Source of the DNA: Piromyces finnis finn
Taxonomy: Eukaryota > Fungi > Neocallimastigomycota
NCBI GenBank assembly: GCA_002104945.1
Contig: MCFH01000001.1
Location: 930,001 to 994,000 of the forward strand
Length of the DNA: 64,000 nt
Direction: 5' to 3'
Shown here one piece after another: positions 42,589-58,582 of this stretch (position 1 is its first letter; each line of letters begins with the position of its first letter). The position numbers were made by a program, and so were the translations under genes. The notes beneath the pieces were generated by a model. It saw only the letters and a list, made by a program, of their open reading frames with translations. It searched no databases and was not told where the DNA came from.

Positions 42589-45500
42589 ATGAAAAATGAA
42601 AAAGAGAAATTCTAGTGTTACATCAACTACAAAAACCAAAAATGAAGGTTTGATAATTCAACTAGATTTTCTTTATTTATAAAATATAAATAACGAATAA
42701 CATAGATATAATGTAAATATATATTAAAAACAATAAATTAAAAGTTTCATTTTAATATTATATATAATATAATTATTTCTTTATGTATGTAATTATTAAA
42801 ACAAAAAGTGTTATCAACATTTTTTTTAAAACAATTGGAAATTAATTATAAAGAAGAAATAAAAGAATTAAATGCGAGTAATTGTAAAACATTAAATGAA
42901 TATGATTCCAAGTTTTTAAGTGATAGATCATGTTTAGAAAGTAACGGATTAATCCGAGGATCAAGTACAGATTTTTTTACTTCAATTTCAACGAGTTTGG
43001 AGAATAAAGAAAATTCATCAGAAAGTAAAAATTTTGTACTTGATTTTACTAATAATTATATATCAAGAAATATGTTATTTTCAATTTTTAAAACTATTGA
43101 AGAAAATTGTTGTTCAACCGCATTAATACTAAAAAATGTTGGATTACTAGAAACTGTTTATGAAGGTAAAATAATTATTACTTGTATTCCACTTTTATCG
43201 AAAAATTTTTGAAAATTTAAACTATTTAAATCTAACCCTAGATAATTAATAAATATATAAAATGTTAATATTAATGATTTATTACTTTGATATTTATTAT
43301 TCATAGATGAATTAATTCATTATACACCAACTGATATAATAGGATCACTTTTAAAACTATTAAGATTAGATATATTAACTGCACTCGATTTATCAGATAA
43401 CAATATTGGTAATGAATTTATACATAGTTTATTTATTAGAGGAATTGCATTTACAACAAATTTAAAGCAATTAAAACTATCGAATACTGGAATAAGTAAT
43501 ATGGTGGTGACATATGATATGCTAGGAACACTTGGGGCATTTGAATTACCATTTTATTTAAAATCAAATAAAATGGATGAATTAATAGATTATAATTTAA
43601 AAATGGAACTAAATAATGATAATAAATTATTATTAAATGAAGTTCGTACTAATTCTGCAATTCATTCTGATGATATTGTAAAGACTTCAAAAATCAACTA
43701 CTCGTTACATGATATTGATATTTCAGGCAATCATTGGAATACTGAACCATTTAAAATTTTAGAGAATTTCCCAAATATTATACCGAGAACAATAAATTAT
43801 AAATTATTAACAACGATTCAATCAGAAAAAATTTCATATCATATAGACAGAAATAGTTTTATAAGTTCAATAGTAGATGTATTAATCTCTTCATGTTCAG
43901 TAAGAAGAAATTCAAATACAAAACAAAAGAAATTAATGACTGTAATTATTATTATTATTATTATTATAAACACTTTACTACATTTTTCTCATTATTTTTT
44001 TTACTAACATCATTTATTTTTAATCATATAAAATTATTATATTTTCTATAAAAATAAGCTTATAAAAAAGAAATCAACAAATTGGGCATTTGGTTATTCA
44101 TTTTATAATTCAATTAAAAAAGATAAAAATTATTGTAACTATTATATTCATTTAAATTTCCGCGGAAAAGAAGATGAATTTATTGTGGTTTATTTCAAAG
44201 GTGTGAATGACAGGTTAGGATTAAAGCGTTAATACCTTTTAGTTATATTTTATTGATATATTGAACTCTCTCCATTTACATAATATATTTAATCAAAAAA
44301 TCATATAGTATTAATAAAATAATGTTATTTTTACTAATTATTTTTTACATTATTATTTGTAATATAATAGTAAATATATAGAATATTGTCAAGAATGGTT
44401 GCCGAAACTATTGGAACAAGAGTATAATCATTGGGATAGTATATATGTATTATATGAAATTGTCTTTGATAAATTAAATAAAAAGTTAAAGGATATGGCA
44501 ATTAATGTATATGTTATTAAATTAATTAATTATTTTATAAATTAATCATAATACTTATTATATGATTTATAAATATGTATTAATATACTATTATATAAAA
44601 CTTATAAAACTACTATTGATTTTAATCTTATCACTATATAGGAAGGTGTTACTGTATTGATTTTACATATATGTGAATATAAAATGTATATTATAAATTT
44701 AGGGGATTCTACAGCAATCCTTAAAACATCAGAAAGTAAAATCCCAATTAGATTATCACGACAACATTTGACTAGTAATCCGTATGAGGCATCAAGAATA
44801 GAAAAAAGAAATATTTCATCTGAGATGTTTGATGAATGCCATTCTATAACCCGTATGATAGGATATTCAAAATACTCTAATATTCTCTCAACAAAACCAG
44901 AAATACTTATTAGGAAAATAAATTTTGAAAATGATCAATATATAATTATCTCTGATAGAGATGTGTGGAAAGTATTATCAATGGATGATGTTGATAGAAT
45001 TTATAATGAAGTTATTAATCAAATGAAAGATGAAACATTGGTTTCATCTAATTGGCCTGATGTTGTAGCCAAAAGATTATTATACCTAGTTAAAAATAAA
45101 TATAAAGTAAAGGATGAAATTTCAATAATTGTATTAATATTGTACAAAAAAGATATGCCAAAATGTAAAAAGAAAATTGAAGATATATCAAATATCTCAC
45201 CAATGATACCAAAAGATAAAGCAATTTCTTTTCAGAATATTATAGGCATGATTGGGTTGGGAAAAAACGAAAAGAATTTAGAATTAGATAGTCAAAGTTC
45301 AATTGAAAAATTTAGTTTAGATAAAGTAAATAACAATAGTTATACAGAAACAACAAAATTAAACAATTCGGATTATGAGATTTCAATGGTTAATCATGGA
45401 AAAAGAATGTCACTTGATATCGACTATATTCCGTCGAAATCTAATAAAGGCTATTCAAATCAAATAATATTATCACCAAATCACCAAATATTAATGAATG

Positions 45501-45919
45501 AAGAATTGGAAGGTAGTGATTTATTAATTGATAATGATAAAAGAATATCCATGAAAAACTCCAGTTTCAAAAATTATGAAATTCCATTATATAAAAATAA
45601 TGTTTCTAACGAATTTATAACAGAAATGGAATGTTTTTTAAATAAAAATAATTCAAATGAGCTAAACACAGTTAACTGGTTTAAAAATGAAACAAGAAAT
45701 TCAAATAGATATACAAGAATGGGTAATAATTTATCAAAAGAAAATGGACAGCCTTTTTCAGATGCTAAATATTGTAGTAATTATGAATTGGAAAATTTAG
45801 GTGTATTAGATGAGGAAAAAAATGGTACAGCTTCAAGTCCATATAGAAACATATATTCCTCATCAAGTTTAAATAGTGATTATATGACTACATCAGAAGG
45901 AAAGGGAAAGAAAAAATAA
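42589..45919 (+). CDS. Leucine-rich-repeat + PP2C-like domain protein (probable pseudophosphatase), multi-exon
   Basis: LRR-like LTALDLSDNNIGNEF and LKQLKLSNTGIS; PP2C-like MYIINLGDSTAIL, LSRQH...YEASRI, ITRMIG, DQYIIISDRDVWKVLS, DEISIIVLIL. Confidence 0.7.
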
Positions 45920-46595
45920 TTAGAATAAATAAAATACTTTAAAATATTACAACAAATAATTTATAAAAAATTTAATCAGTTTTTTTAAATGGTAGTTTTT
46001 TTTTTTTTTTAAAAAAACTTTGATATATCTTCAAAAATATTAATATTATTAATACCAATTATGAAATATTCGTTTAAATTTACAAATAATATTAATATAA
46101 TACTGAAGAATATTTTTTTTTTTTTTTTGATATTTTATTTTATTTTATTTTATTTTATTTTTTTTTTATGTTTTAATATATATTTATTATTTAATATGTG
46201 ATAAATATAATACCTTCCTCCTCTATTGTAATTGTACTTTTTCTTTTTTTCCTTGTCCTATTTTATTATTATTAATATTAATATTAATTATTGTTATTAT
46301 TATTATTATTGTTATTATTATAATTGTTATTTAAAAAATGCAATCAAAATTATTAAAAAAAAAATAAATACCTATATACTATTAGTTGCTATAATTAATA
46401 CTATTGTAATTTTTTGTATATCAATATAGAATTATATATATTATATATTATATGAATATATATATTTGATTAAAAATTTAGTAAAATTTAAATAAAAAAA
46501 ATTATTTCCTAAATTGTGTGGTTCGAGTTTTGCTAAAACATGTGGACAACAATTAAATGATAGTTTTAAGTATTTAAATATAAGAATTTAAAATA

Positions 46596-49188
46596 ATGGA
46601 AAAGATAACAGACATTGAAACATTTAGAAAAAGAGAATCGTTTGAAGAAATAAACCAACCTAATATAAAAAAAACAAAATCTGAAAATTCAAAAGAGGAT
46701 ATAGTATATTTAAAAGAAAACGAACAAAGTAATGATGTAAATGATAATTTAAATTCTGAAACAAAAGAAGTTAAAAATAATAATGTAAATATCGACTTAA
46801 ATGTAAAAGAATTACAAAATGAAAATGAAGAGATTAATATTCAAAATGATAATTTAGATGAAAAATTAAGTAATTTTGAGAAATGTGAAAGCCAAATACA
46901 ACATTTAATTGAGAAAACCAATGATAATGATGGTGTAGATAATATACCACAAGATAATAAAATTGAGCAACAAAGTAATAATCTATTTGAAGAAAATAAT
47001 TTAAATACAGAAATTAAGCCTGAAACATCTCAAGATTTTATTTATCAATTTCCTATATATGAATTCAAGAAAGAAACAACACTTCGCTCTACAGATCCTA
47101 TTTATAATCCACGTTGCTCAACCCATGATGATTTTTCTAATAATTTTGAAATCAATAATTATTTCAAAGGTGCCAAATGGTAATGAATTAAATAATTTAA
47201 TATTATTAAAAATAAAATTTTATAATTAATTTGTATAAATTGCATTATAATAATGATATAATTATATTTTATTTTTTTTAAATGTAACGTAAACACATTA
47301 AAATGATAAAATAATTAGGTCACCTGATGGAACTTGCATTTTAACAAGTTCAAATGATAATAATTTAAGAATATTTGAATTGTAAGGGTTTTATTATTAT
47401 TGTTACAAATTATTTAATTATACTGCTACCTTTAAAAAAGAATAATTAATACTTTTATTATATTTAAAATAATTATTAACTAAAACAATAGACCAGATAT
47501 AAGTAATAATAAAATAGAAGGTATTTTAAAATTTTAAATTTAAAAAAGTAAAAAAGCTAATTTACTAATATAAATGAAATTTTAATAATAATAACAACAA
47601 CAACAACAACAACAACAATAATAATAAAAAACATATTAAACAATAGAAATAAATATTAAACCAGCATTAAAAGTTTGTGATGGAGAAAGTGTATATGACT
47701 ATTGTTGGTATCCATATATGAATAGTTCAGGTAAATTTATTGAAAATTATAAAGTTTTAATAATTTTGAATTTATTAAGTATTTACAAATATTATACAGA
47801 TCCTTCAACATCTGTGTTTATTTCAGCAAGTAGAGATTTACCTATACATATGTGGGATGCTTATTATGGAACGGTAATTTTTTAATATAATTTCATTGAA
47901 AAATTATGTTAGCATTTTAATATTTTTTTTTTTATTTTAGATACGAGCTTCCTATTGTACATATGATATATATGATCAAATTGTTGCTCCCCATTCAATT
48001 AATTTTAATTTAGATGGATCAAAGTATGCATGTACTTATATATTTTTAAAATTTACAAAACTTTTTATTTATTATTTTATTATCAAATATTATTTTATAT
48101 TACTATTATTATGTAAGAATATTTGCTGGTTTAAACAATTTAATTCAGATTTTTGATATTAGTAGACCCGGTCAACCAATAAATAAAAAAATGACAACGC
48201 CTACAAGAAAAAGTAAACATGGTCAAAAAGGTAAACATATATTTAAAAGTGAGAGTTATTTAATTATATATATAATTACTAAATGGCATAATTTTTAATT
48301 AAAGGAATAATATCATGTATGGATTTTAATCCGGACTATTCAGGACTATTAGCAGCAGGATCGTTATCAAAATCAATAGGAATTTATGATACCAATAACT
48401 CAAATGAACTTGTATATCAACAAAAAAAATTAAAAGGCGGTGTTATTCAAGTTCAATTTTCACCTGATGGAAATTATTTGTATTCAGTATCAAGACAAAC
48501 TGATGGTATAATTTGTTGGGATATTAGAAACACAGGAAAACAATTATGTGAGTATGTAAGACCAGGAAAGACAAACCAACGTATTTCATTTGATATAAGT
48601 AAAGATGGAAAATATTTAATATCAGGGGATAAGGTAATAAATATAAATACATCTATTGATATAAGTTAAATTTTAAACCAGAAGAATAAAAAAGTTGTAA
48701 CAATCTTTTTGATATAAATTGGATATATTTTGTGTTATATATTTAGGACGGGTATATTAATGTTTACGAATTAATGCATGTTATTAAATCACCTGAAGCA
48801 TTAGAGGAATTAAATAATCAAAAAATTGAGTTCAAATCAATAAAACCTACATATAGATATGAAGTAAATAAAGGTAATAAATTATACTAAAAGCTTTTAC
48901 AATAAAAAAAGATGAATATAAAAATTAATATTATTAATATATTTAAGATACAATTACTTCAGTTGCATTTCATCCTTATTATCCTATTATATTCACATGT
49001 TCTGGTCAAAGAAAATTTAATATGAATATATTAGATGAACATAATGTAGAAAATTGTGGTAAGTTTTATATTAATTAAAATAGTTTTATGAAGAAATATT
49101 AAACATTAATTTTGTATTTATTAATTTTAAAGCAATTGACAGTACATCAGAGCATTCAACAACTATTGAGGTATTTTCCATTGTTTAA
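46596..49188 (+). CDS. WRAP53: Telomerase Cajal body protein 1 (WRAP53/TCAB1) WD40 protein, multi-exon
   Basis: FKGAKWSPDGTCILT, GESVYDYCWYPYMNS, SRDLPIHMWDAY, FDISRPG, TNQRISFD, AFHPYYPIIFTCSGQR. Confidence 0.88.
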
Positions 49189-49872
49189 TAATTATTTACA
49201 TTTTTTTTTTTTATTTTTGAATTAACAAATATAATAAATATTGACCTTTCTATATTTAGGATAGTCAAAAAGAAATTATTAACTATAAATGCAATTATAG
49301 TGAAAATATCCTATCCATATGGCAAATCGGTACCATGTAAATTAATAATAGAAAAGAGGTTTAAAATGAATAAATTATTAAAAAAATGATTGCCCATAAA
49401 ATTCTAAGAAATTTTTAATTTTTTTTATTTTTTATTTTTATTTATAAATCTTTCCATTAAAAATGAATTTTTTTAATTATTTGTAAAATATATATATTTT
49501 TTTATTTAGCTTTTAATTTTTTTTAATAATTTAATTTTTCTTCCTTTTTTTTATTTTTTATTTTTTTCCTTTTTTTTTTCTTTTTATTTTGTGCTTTATG
49601 GTTTAAAGATTATATTATTCATTATTAATATTCTTTAATTTTAATGAAAGATGATTTCTTTATCATTATTATTTTAGTATTATCATTTGTTATAATATCT
49701 AAAACATGTTTAGTTTTAGTTTTAGTCAGCTTTTTGAATTGATTTTTATAACTATTTAATTAATAAAAAATTAAACAGCTTAATCCCATTCTATATAATT
49801 TAATTATATTAAAATAAATTTATTAATATCATATAATGAAATAAAATTCTAATTATTATTATTATATTTAAT

Positions 49873-51154
49873 TTACATACCCTTCTTAATATCGAAACTC
49901 TGTTTATAATTCAATGATTAATTATATTTATAGTTATATCATTAATACTTTTTGAAATTCTTATTTCATAATATAAAACATTAAAATTTAACTAGTTCTT
50001 ACCCATTCAAATTCTAAATGGCAAACATTATCATCATCAATGAAACGACTCTTAACAGTGTAATGACCACGTGAGATGAAACCACTTGGAGCAACTTCGG
50101 CAGCAAACTATCATAAAGATATCATAATAAATACATTTTACTTAATAAAGTATAATTATGCGTTATCATTTTATATAATTACATTAATATTTACCTTCTT
50201 TTCATATGGTTCGAGTTTTGGACCGAAACTACCAATCATTTCTTCATCTCTGTCAACTATCATATATAAAAATAATGTGTAAATCAATTGTTTATATTTA
50301 CTTATTAATTAATAATATATAAATACATACCTTTAATACCCTTTCTCTTAACAACATGAATGTACTTTAAACCTGAAACGACTTCATGTTGAATCCTATA
50401 AAAATATGAATATTTATTATTTAATGATTTCATTTAATTTATTATTAAATTTATTTTAATAAAAGTAATACATACTTAAATTTAATCTTTAATTTGTATT
50501 CAACACCTTCCTTAATAGTCATTGGGTTGTCCTTAAGACTTTTAAGTTTTTCTATTATTATTTTATAATATTAATATTTGACCATTTTACGGATAAATAA
50601 AATAACATATATAATACGTATTTATAATACCTGGAGTGGAAACATCTAATACAACATCGTCTCTACCATCAATTTCCATAGCAAGAGATAAAACAACAAC
50701 CTTACGTGGGTCATCACTTGGACCTATTTTTTTAAAATTTATTATATTTAATACATTAATTTAGCTCAATTTTAAAATAAAACAATTTAAACATTAATAT
50801 TTACCAACGGCAGCCTTAAGACCTAAAGACTATATTTTATTTATAATTTTAATTTAATTAATAAAAATTTAATATTGCTAAAATTTAATTTATAATATAA
50901 TAAATAACATACTTCTTTCCATTTATTTAAACTTTCATCTTCGGCATCAAGGTTTTTTAATTCATCAATGGTTTTCTTTTCACCAACCTTGTATCCTTCA
51001 GTTTGGGTCTAATAAATATATTATTTTAATATATTTATTTTATTAATATTTATTTATAGTGATCAACTTTATAAAATTAACAATAACTTACTGGGTTAAG
51101 ATCTTCTAAAGAATCGCCATTGCTAACTGGTTGATCAATGCTTTGATTGGACAT
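49873..51154 (-). CDS. RDI1: Rho GDP-dissociation inhibitor (multi-exon)
   Basis: GYKVGEKKTIDELKNLDAEDESLNKWK, ITIKEGVEYKLKIKF, IQHEVVSGLKY, APSGFISRGHYTVKSRFIDDD, HLEFEW/SFDIKKGM*. Confidence 0.95.
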
Positions 51155-53418
51155 TTTGATTCTATTTATTAAATTTATTAAATATAATATAATTTGTTTA
51201 TTATTACTTTTTTTATTCATTTACTTATTTAAAATAGAATATTTTTGCTAATTATATTAAGATTAAAATTCTTCTAAAATGTAACTATATTTTTATTTTT
51301 AATATATAAATGTATCATCCTCATTTGCCTCTTAATACAAATAATTTATTATTTAATACAATAATAGCAATATTTTTCTAACTTTAGACTTGTATTTTGA
51401 TTATTTTTAAATTTTTACACAATTTATATTGTTTTTGTTTTTTGTTTAAGGCTTTATTTATTAAAATTTATTCCTAATAACCACTATCTTTTATATATAT
51501 AATGATACTTTTTTATATCATTTTTTTTAACTTTTATATTTTTTGACATAATTATTTTTTCTTTTTCCCTTCCTTCTTTTTATCATTATTATTATCTTTA
51601 TTATTTATTTTTATTTTTATCTATTTCATTGTCTTTATATTTTATATTGATATATGTTTATTTTATATATTAATAAGAATAACACATTTAATTTCCATAT
51701 TTCTCTTATTAATACATAAAATATTATCAATTTATCTTTTACGTTTAAAATTGATTATTAATTATAGTTAACTATTGATAACAAAAAAAAAAAAAGAATA
51801 ATTAAATTTAACTATTTTTATTTACATTATATAAAATAAGACAATGTAAATTTTATTATTATTGCTGGTTTTTATATTATTTGAAATATATTTTTTTTGT
51901 AGTATTTATATTATTTTTATATATATTATCCTTATATGTTATTTTTATTTAATTCTTTATTTCTTTTATTTACAGTTTATAAATTTACTTTTATTTTACA
52001 AAATTTACTAATTAATTTATTCTTACTTTATACAATTAAGATTATTTTTTAAAAAAAAAATAAATAAAAATAAAAGAAATATTTGTTATAATAGTATAAA
52101 TAAAGGAATTTATTTAATAATTTAATCTACTAATTAGCAAAAAATTATATATAATTAATATTATTAAAATATATGATTTTAATAATAATAAAAATATCTA
52201 ATTTATAATTATAAAATTATTATTTTATTAAATTATTATTTTTCTATTCATTATATATAATATATTAAACTGTATTATTATATATAATATGTATTTTTTA
52301 ATTATTTATATTTATATGTATTATATATTATTTATTTATTTATTTTTTAATTTTACTTTATTAAATTAATTAATATATAAATGAATATATATAAAGTTAT
52401 TAATAAGGTGTATTATACATACTTTATTACATTATAAATTGTAAATGTAATTGGTGTAGAATACATATTATTAATATGTTTGATATTTTAAATTCTTATT
52501 AATATTGTTTATACATTTATTACATTTAAATAATAATAATGTAATTATCATTAAATATAAACTTTAAAAGAAAATATATATTCATAAAGTTATATAGCTT
52601 TAAATACCTAAAAGTTTTTGTTTGAAAAATGAATAAAATTTTGAATTATATAAGATTAACAAGATTAACATTGTAATTATAATATATATAGTTAAAATCA
52701 AAGTTTTTATTAAGTTTATTATGATTACATTTATTTTAAGTGATCGTTCCAATATGTTCAGAATTTATTTATATTAAAAAGTATATAATTATTAAATATA
52801 TAATATCTAAAAATTTTCAAAGGTTAAATTTATAATCTTTAATTAAAAATGTGAAATAAAATAGTTACAATAGTATATTATATTTATAATAATTGACAAT
52901 TTATTTTATATAAGCTAAAGAACATTTATTCATATTAAAGACATAAAAGTTTTTTAACATATTAAATATTATTTATTTAATAATAATATACTTTTATTAT
53001 TACTTTATTATAGATGTATATTCTTTAACTTTGCATTAAATTTAATATATATAAATAAAAATGAATAATAGTAATATATCCATTATATTAAAATAAAAAA
53101 ACAAAGTGATAAATATATAGATATAATAAATATATATATATTTATTATTTAATCATAACAAAGTCCATAATTAAATATTGAGTAAAAGTAGAATGGAATT
53201 GACTTTGGTTTTATATATATTATATAATAAAGAATGAAATATTAGGTTTTTTTTTTTATAGTTGTTTTTTGTAATATGCTAATTATAAAGATCTAAAATT
53301 TTATTGGCTGTCAACAATAATATAATGTTGTAGGTAATAAATTCTTTAGATAAAATAAATTATTAAATAAAATTTTAATTTTATTAAAAAATTATCTACA
53401 TAATTATATTTTTTGATA

Positions 53419-54417
53419 ATGAATGAATCATTATTTCCACCAGAACCATTTTTAAGAGGTTCCATTCCAAACAGTTTTGCTGAAGATACCTTTGATAGGC
53501 GTATTCCAGAAATCTTTTCTCAAGTAAGAATTACCTAGTACTTTTTTTTTTTTTTAAAAAAATAATCATATTCATATTATTTAAATAAAAAGACTTTAAA
53601 TTAATAGGTCTTTTTTTTTTTTTTTTTTTTTTTTTTTATCCTTTATTATAAATTAAAAAGAACATTAGTTAAATTTTTTATATTTGTTATAAATAAATGA
53701 ATATTCCATAGGTAAATAAAACTTTTGAAGAGACATTAAAAAATGTTAATCCTTCAGATATTGAAAAAATAAAGGAAGGAAATGAAATTAAAAATAAATT
53801 GGAAAGACTTCTTGATGACATTAAGAATGATAGAGAATTTAATGAAATCGTTCCCGGTAAATAATAATAATTAATATTTATAACTTAATTTAATAAGTAT
53901 TTTTTTTTTATTAAGAATTAATATATCTAACATGAATGATTTTTAATGATAAAATTTATAAAAATGACAATAAAGATGAATATTCTGATTGTGAAGAATG
54001 GAATGATTGTATAAACTTTTGGAAAAAAAGAAATGAAGGTACATTCAAAAAATGTTCTTGGCTTTTTGCTGAAAGCTATTTATATCGTGTATTAGCGTAA
54101 ATATTAATTTTATTAAATAGTTTATAAGTTTTAAAATATAAAAATTATCCTTTTTTTTTTTATAATTATTATTAATAAATTTATAATTTGAATAAATATA
54201 ATTAAAATAATTTAATGAAAATTTGAAAATCTTTATAGAAATTATATGTCAGTTAGTAAATATTGGAAAAAATATGATGCTTTTACTATAAAAAAAGAAA
54301 ATTCTTTAATAGGTCCAACTTGGAAATCTGTTGTTGCAATGGCTGATATGATTAATCCAATAATAAGCAGTGATGAAGATAATTCTCTTGAAAATACATT
54401 TATTAATTTCTTAAAAG

Positions 54418-54453
<36 letters not shown>

Positions 54454-55709
54454 TAAATAATAATTAAATAATAGAATAGAAACACAAAGTTAATATTTTT
54501 ATTTATTTAAAAATAATTTTCTTTATTAATTTTAATTTTCATGAAAAGTATTCTTTATGGGGAAACCAAGCTGACCTTTCTCTCCATACTAGTGCTAAAG
54601 CAAATTTAACTAATTTACATAAGATTACTCTTGATGAAATTAAAAAAAGTGATGTAAATTTAATCTCTGATGCTTCATCAAAAATCTGGAATTACGTTTC
54701 TACATTAAAAGGAAAAAGAATTGATTTTATTTTAGATGTATAGTAGAAAAATGAAATCAAAATATGTTTAAATATTTAAAATATTTAATAAAAAAAAAAA
54801 AAACCCTACTTTATATTAATAATAATATTATTATATATATATATATATATAAATTAATTATACTAAATAAAAGAATGCAGGTTATGAAACTTATAATGAT
54901 TTAGTTTTTGCTGATTGGTAAGTAACAATAAATAATAGGAATAATAAAAATAAAATAGGTATAGATATTAATATTAACTGATGTATCACTAAAGGTTAAT
55001 GTCAAAGGGTTTTGCTTCTTCTATTGTTTGGCATTGTAAGCAAATTCCATGGTATGTTAGTGATACTAATATTAAAGATTTCAATTGGATAATAGATACC
55101 TGCATTAACCCACCAGAATCTTTAAATGAATTTGATAATACTAACGTAATTGATATGGCAAAACGTTGGAAATCTTATTTAGAAAACGGTCAATGGATAT
55201 TGAATGATGACATATTTTGGACTTCAAATTACCCATTTAGACATATGGAAACTTTTGCTCCAAAATTATATGAATATTTATCTGAATCATCACTTTTAAT
55301 ATTTAAGGGTGATATGGTATGAATTTTTTTTTTTTTTAAAGTTTTCTCAGAGTTACTATTCTATTTAATAATATTTATTTATTAATTAATTACATAAACA
55401 ACAACAACAACAACAACAACAATAATCAAATTTATACTATAAATACTTATATAGAATTATAGAAAAACAGTATATGATTGCTACTGGCCATTTACAACAC
55501 CATTTATTGAAGCATGTGGTGATTTTGGAAAACCATCATCATCCACCAACAAACCCTTACCACCATATGCTTGTCTTCGTACTTGCAAAGCTGATGTTAT
55601 TGCCGGATTAGAAGAAGGTGTATCAGAAAAATTAGACAAAATATGTAAAGAATGGCTTGTTAATGGAAAATACGGAATTATACAATATAATGATAAATAT
55701 TCAAATTAA
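53419..55709 (+). CDS. ARMT1: ARMT1/DUF89 damage-control metabolite phosphatase (multi-exon)
   Basis: SFAEDTFDRRIP, SWLFAESYLYR, LWGNQADLS, RIDFILDNAGYE, WHCKQIPWYVSD, LLIFKGDMNYRK, LRTCKADVIAG. Confidence 0.9.
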
Positions 55710-56185
55710 ACTTTTTTTTTTTTAATTATAAAAAATAAAGAAAATAATAACGAAAATAATAAAAAATTAAATAAATAATAAATAAAAAATAAATAAATAA
55801 AAACATACAAATGTAAAAAAAAAAAAAAAATAAAAAAAAATAATAATAAAATAAGGAAAATCATATATTTATTCAAATGGTTTTATACTTCATCATTATC
55901 CATCTTATTATTTAAATAATTTGTAATTTATTAAATTTTATTTATTTATATGCAAAGAAATTCTTATATTGTTATATATCAGAAAATTAGTATATATATA
56001 TTCATTACATATTTTTTTTTTATATTTTTTATTTTATTTAATATTATATATAATTGGTTTGCTTCATTTTTATTAGAGAACTTTATAAAATATAAATAAA
56101 AAAGTTTTTTTCTCTTCTTTCTTAAGAATTAAATGGTAAAAAAATAATTAAAAAGATTATCCCAATAATAAAACCGTTATGAAAT

Positions 56186-58582
56186 TTACTTCTTAATGTT
56201 ATTGACCATATCTTCTAACTTGTTAATTTGTCTAATGTATAAATCATTAACTCTGTTAACATTCTTGCTATCCTTAATGTGGATCATATCCTATTTTATG
56301 ATTTATAATATTGATAAGTTTTATTCATTAATCATTTATTCATTCCTTATAATTTTTTTTTTTTTTTAATTTTATACATACTTGTTTTAAGTAGAAGTCA
56401 ATATCAGTGGTTTGAGTGTATTCACCACTCATTAATTCTCCACTTTCCCACTTTCTTTGACGAGTCTTGTGCTTGAATAATATTAATTGATTCCTTTTAA
56501 TTTTTATAATAAATAATATTATTAATATACATTATGGATTACAATTTTTTTTTTATTTCTAACTTTAATGATTTTAAGAGTTACTTACTTGCATTTGTCA
56601 ATACTATCGTAATCTAAGAATTCTCCTAATTTTTGGATATCTAAAGTTTTGTATAACTTTAAGTATGATCTAATAGTTGGAACAAGATATTGGTTGTTGA
56701 TTTCTTCAATGAATATTTTACATTGATGAATAGTTGGTTTCTTTTTATAATATACAATTATACAATAATTATTAGCCACTATATTAAATTATATTTATTT
56801 ATTTTTAATATAAATATTACCATTTGTGTGTTTTCCATAATATCATAGTTTGGAACAGCTGGGTTAATGAACTTTGGACAAGCGTAAGTGAATAATTCTT
56901 CAAATACCTTTAAGTCACTATTTTACAATTTAATTATCATATTTGTTTTAATATTATTAATATTATTAATTTATATATTATTATATAAATTAATTATTTT
57001 AAAATAATTTTTAGCTTTATAAGTTTTATTTTTAATGCCTTACCCTTTTTGCATCTTGCTAAGGTGTTCACCATACTTTTCAACCATGTTACTGTGAGTT
57101 TCTTCATCAATACCTGTTGGGCATAAAGTAATACAGATAGCTAAAAGAGCATACATTTGTTCACTCTTTTTGTTAGTCTATTGATATATAGATAAATGTT
57201 AAAAATGATAAGGTTAATTATATATATTTATAAATGTAAAAATTATAATTCGATTAGTATTTACAGCTTCGTATTGGTAAGAAAGGGTCTTGTAATTCTT
57301 AATACGATTAATGTAGTGAAGAATTGAAGTGAAAGTCTTGATGGCATCAGAATATCTTCTCATCATCATGTAAGCAAAACCTAAGTAGTAGTAAGTTGTA
57401 ACATGACAAGCAGAAACTCTAAGGAAAATGTTTCTGGTATGTAATTCAATGTTTTCCATCATTTTTAAAGCAAGACTGTAATCACCTAATAAACAGTGAA
57501 CACGGAGTAAACCAATAATACTGAAGTAACCAAGCATCTTGTATAATTGTTTTGAACCAAATTCACCAGCAGCTTCCCTATAAAAATAGTAATATATTAA
57601 TAATTACTATTCTTACTGTCTATGCATATACTACAAAAAAACAACTTACATCATATCACCACCATTCTTATTAACGAGTAATTGTTCGTTAATGTTGGAT
57701 TTTTGAATTAAAGAATATAAAACATTAAGAACATTGTGAACATTCCAAATATCTGGTCTTTCTCTTAAACTCTTTAATTCAATTTCATTCTTACTCTTAA
57801 CCTTGCTTCTGTATTGGCAGAAAGATTGGAATTGGTAAATGAATTCATCAATAATATCCCAAAGCCATTGATTTGGTAATTCTAATTCTACTGGCTTTTC
57901 TGGAGCTTTATTATTTATTTTATCATAGAATATTTTTTATTAATGATTAGTTACATTAAATTAAATATAAATTTTTTAATATTTACCTAAAATATAGTTG
58001 AAAAGATCACAGTAGTTAAGGTATGAGTTGAAACGATCATTAATAGTTGGAGTTAATTTAGCATAGATATGTCTGTAGTATAATTCCTTGTATAAAATAA
58101 GGAAAATGGCATCTGATAATAATATAATTATTATTAATAATTATGAAATTTTGTTTATTAAAAAAATCATTTATTTTATCAAAATATACCATTATTAACT
58201 AAAGGAGCAATGACTTCAGCTTCTGGCCATTGAACATTCTTGTAAAATTGTTCAGTTAATTTATTGTAAGAGTATTCATAAATATTTTGTAAATCATGGA
58301 AAGTGTGTTCAACAAGGATCTTGTGGAAATTTAAAATAAATTTCTTGACTTCATTTGGAATTTTTATTTCTTGTTGTTGCTTATATTGCTTTTCAAGTTC
58401 TTCTTGGAATTCTTCTAAAAATATTTGAATAACATTTTATTTATTTTTTTTAATTTTTGATTGACAAAAATCTTATTTTAATTATAAAAATTTTTACCAT
58501 CGAATTCATCATCTTGAGAGTAAGCAGCTGGAATTTCACCATCCTTGGAGGCATCATTGATGTCTTCGTAAAACATATCCAT
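56186..58582 (-). CDS. EIF3L: Eukaryotic translation initiation factor 3 subunit L (multi-exon)
   Basis: [83 protein letters not shown]. Confidence 0.95.

Noticed and set aside
51200-53400. Long, almost pure A/T intergenic stretch (likewise 21260-23460 and 58600-61540)
   Set aside because: Normal for this genome type; no repeats beyond homopolymers and microsatellites, and no credible ORFs.
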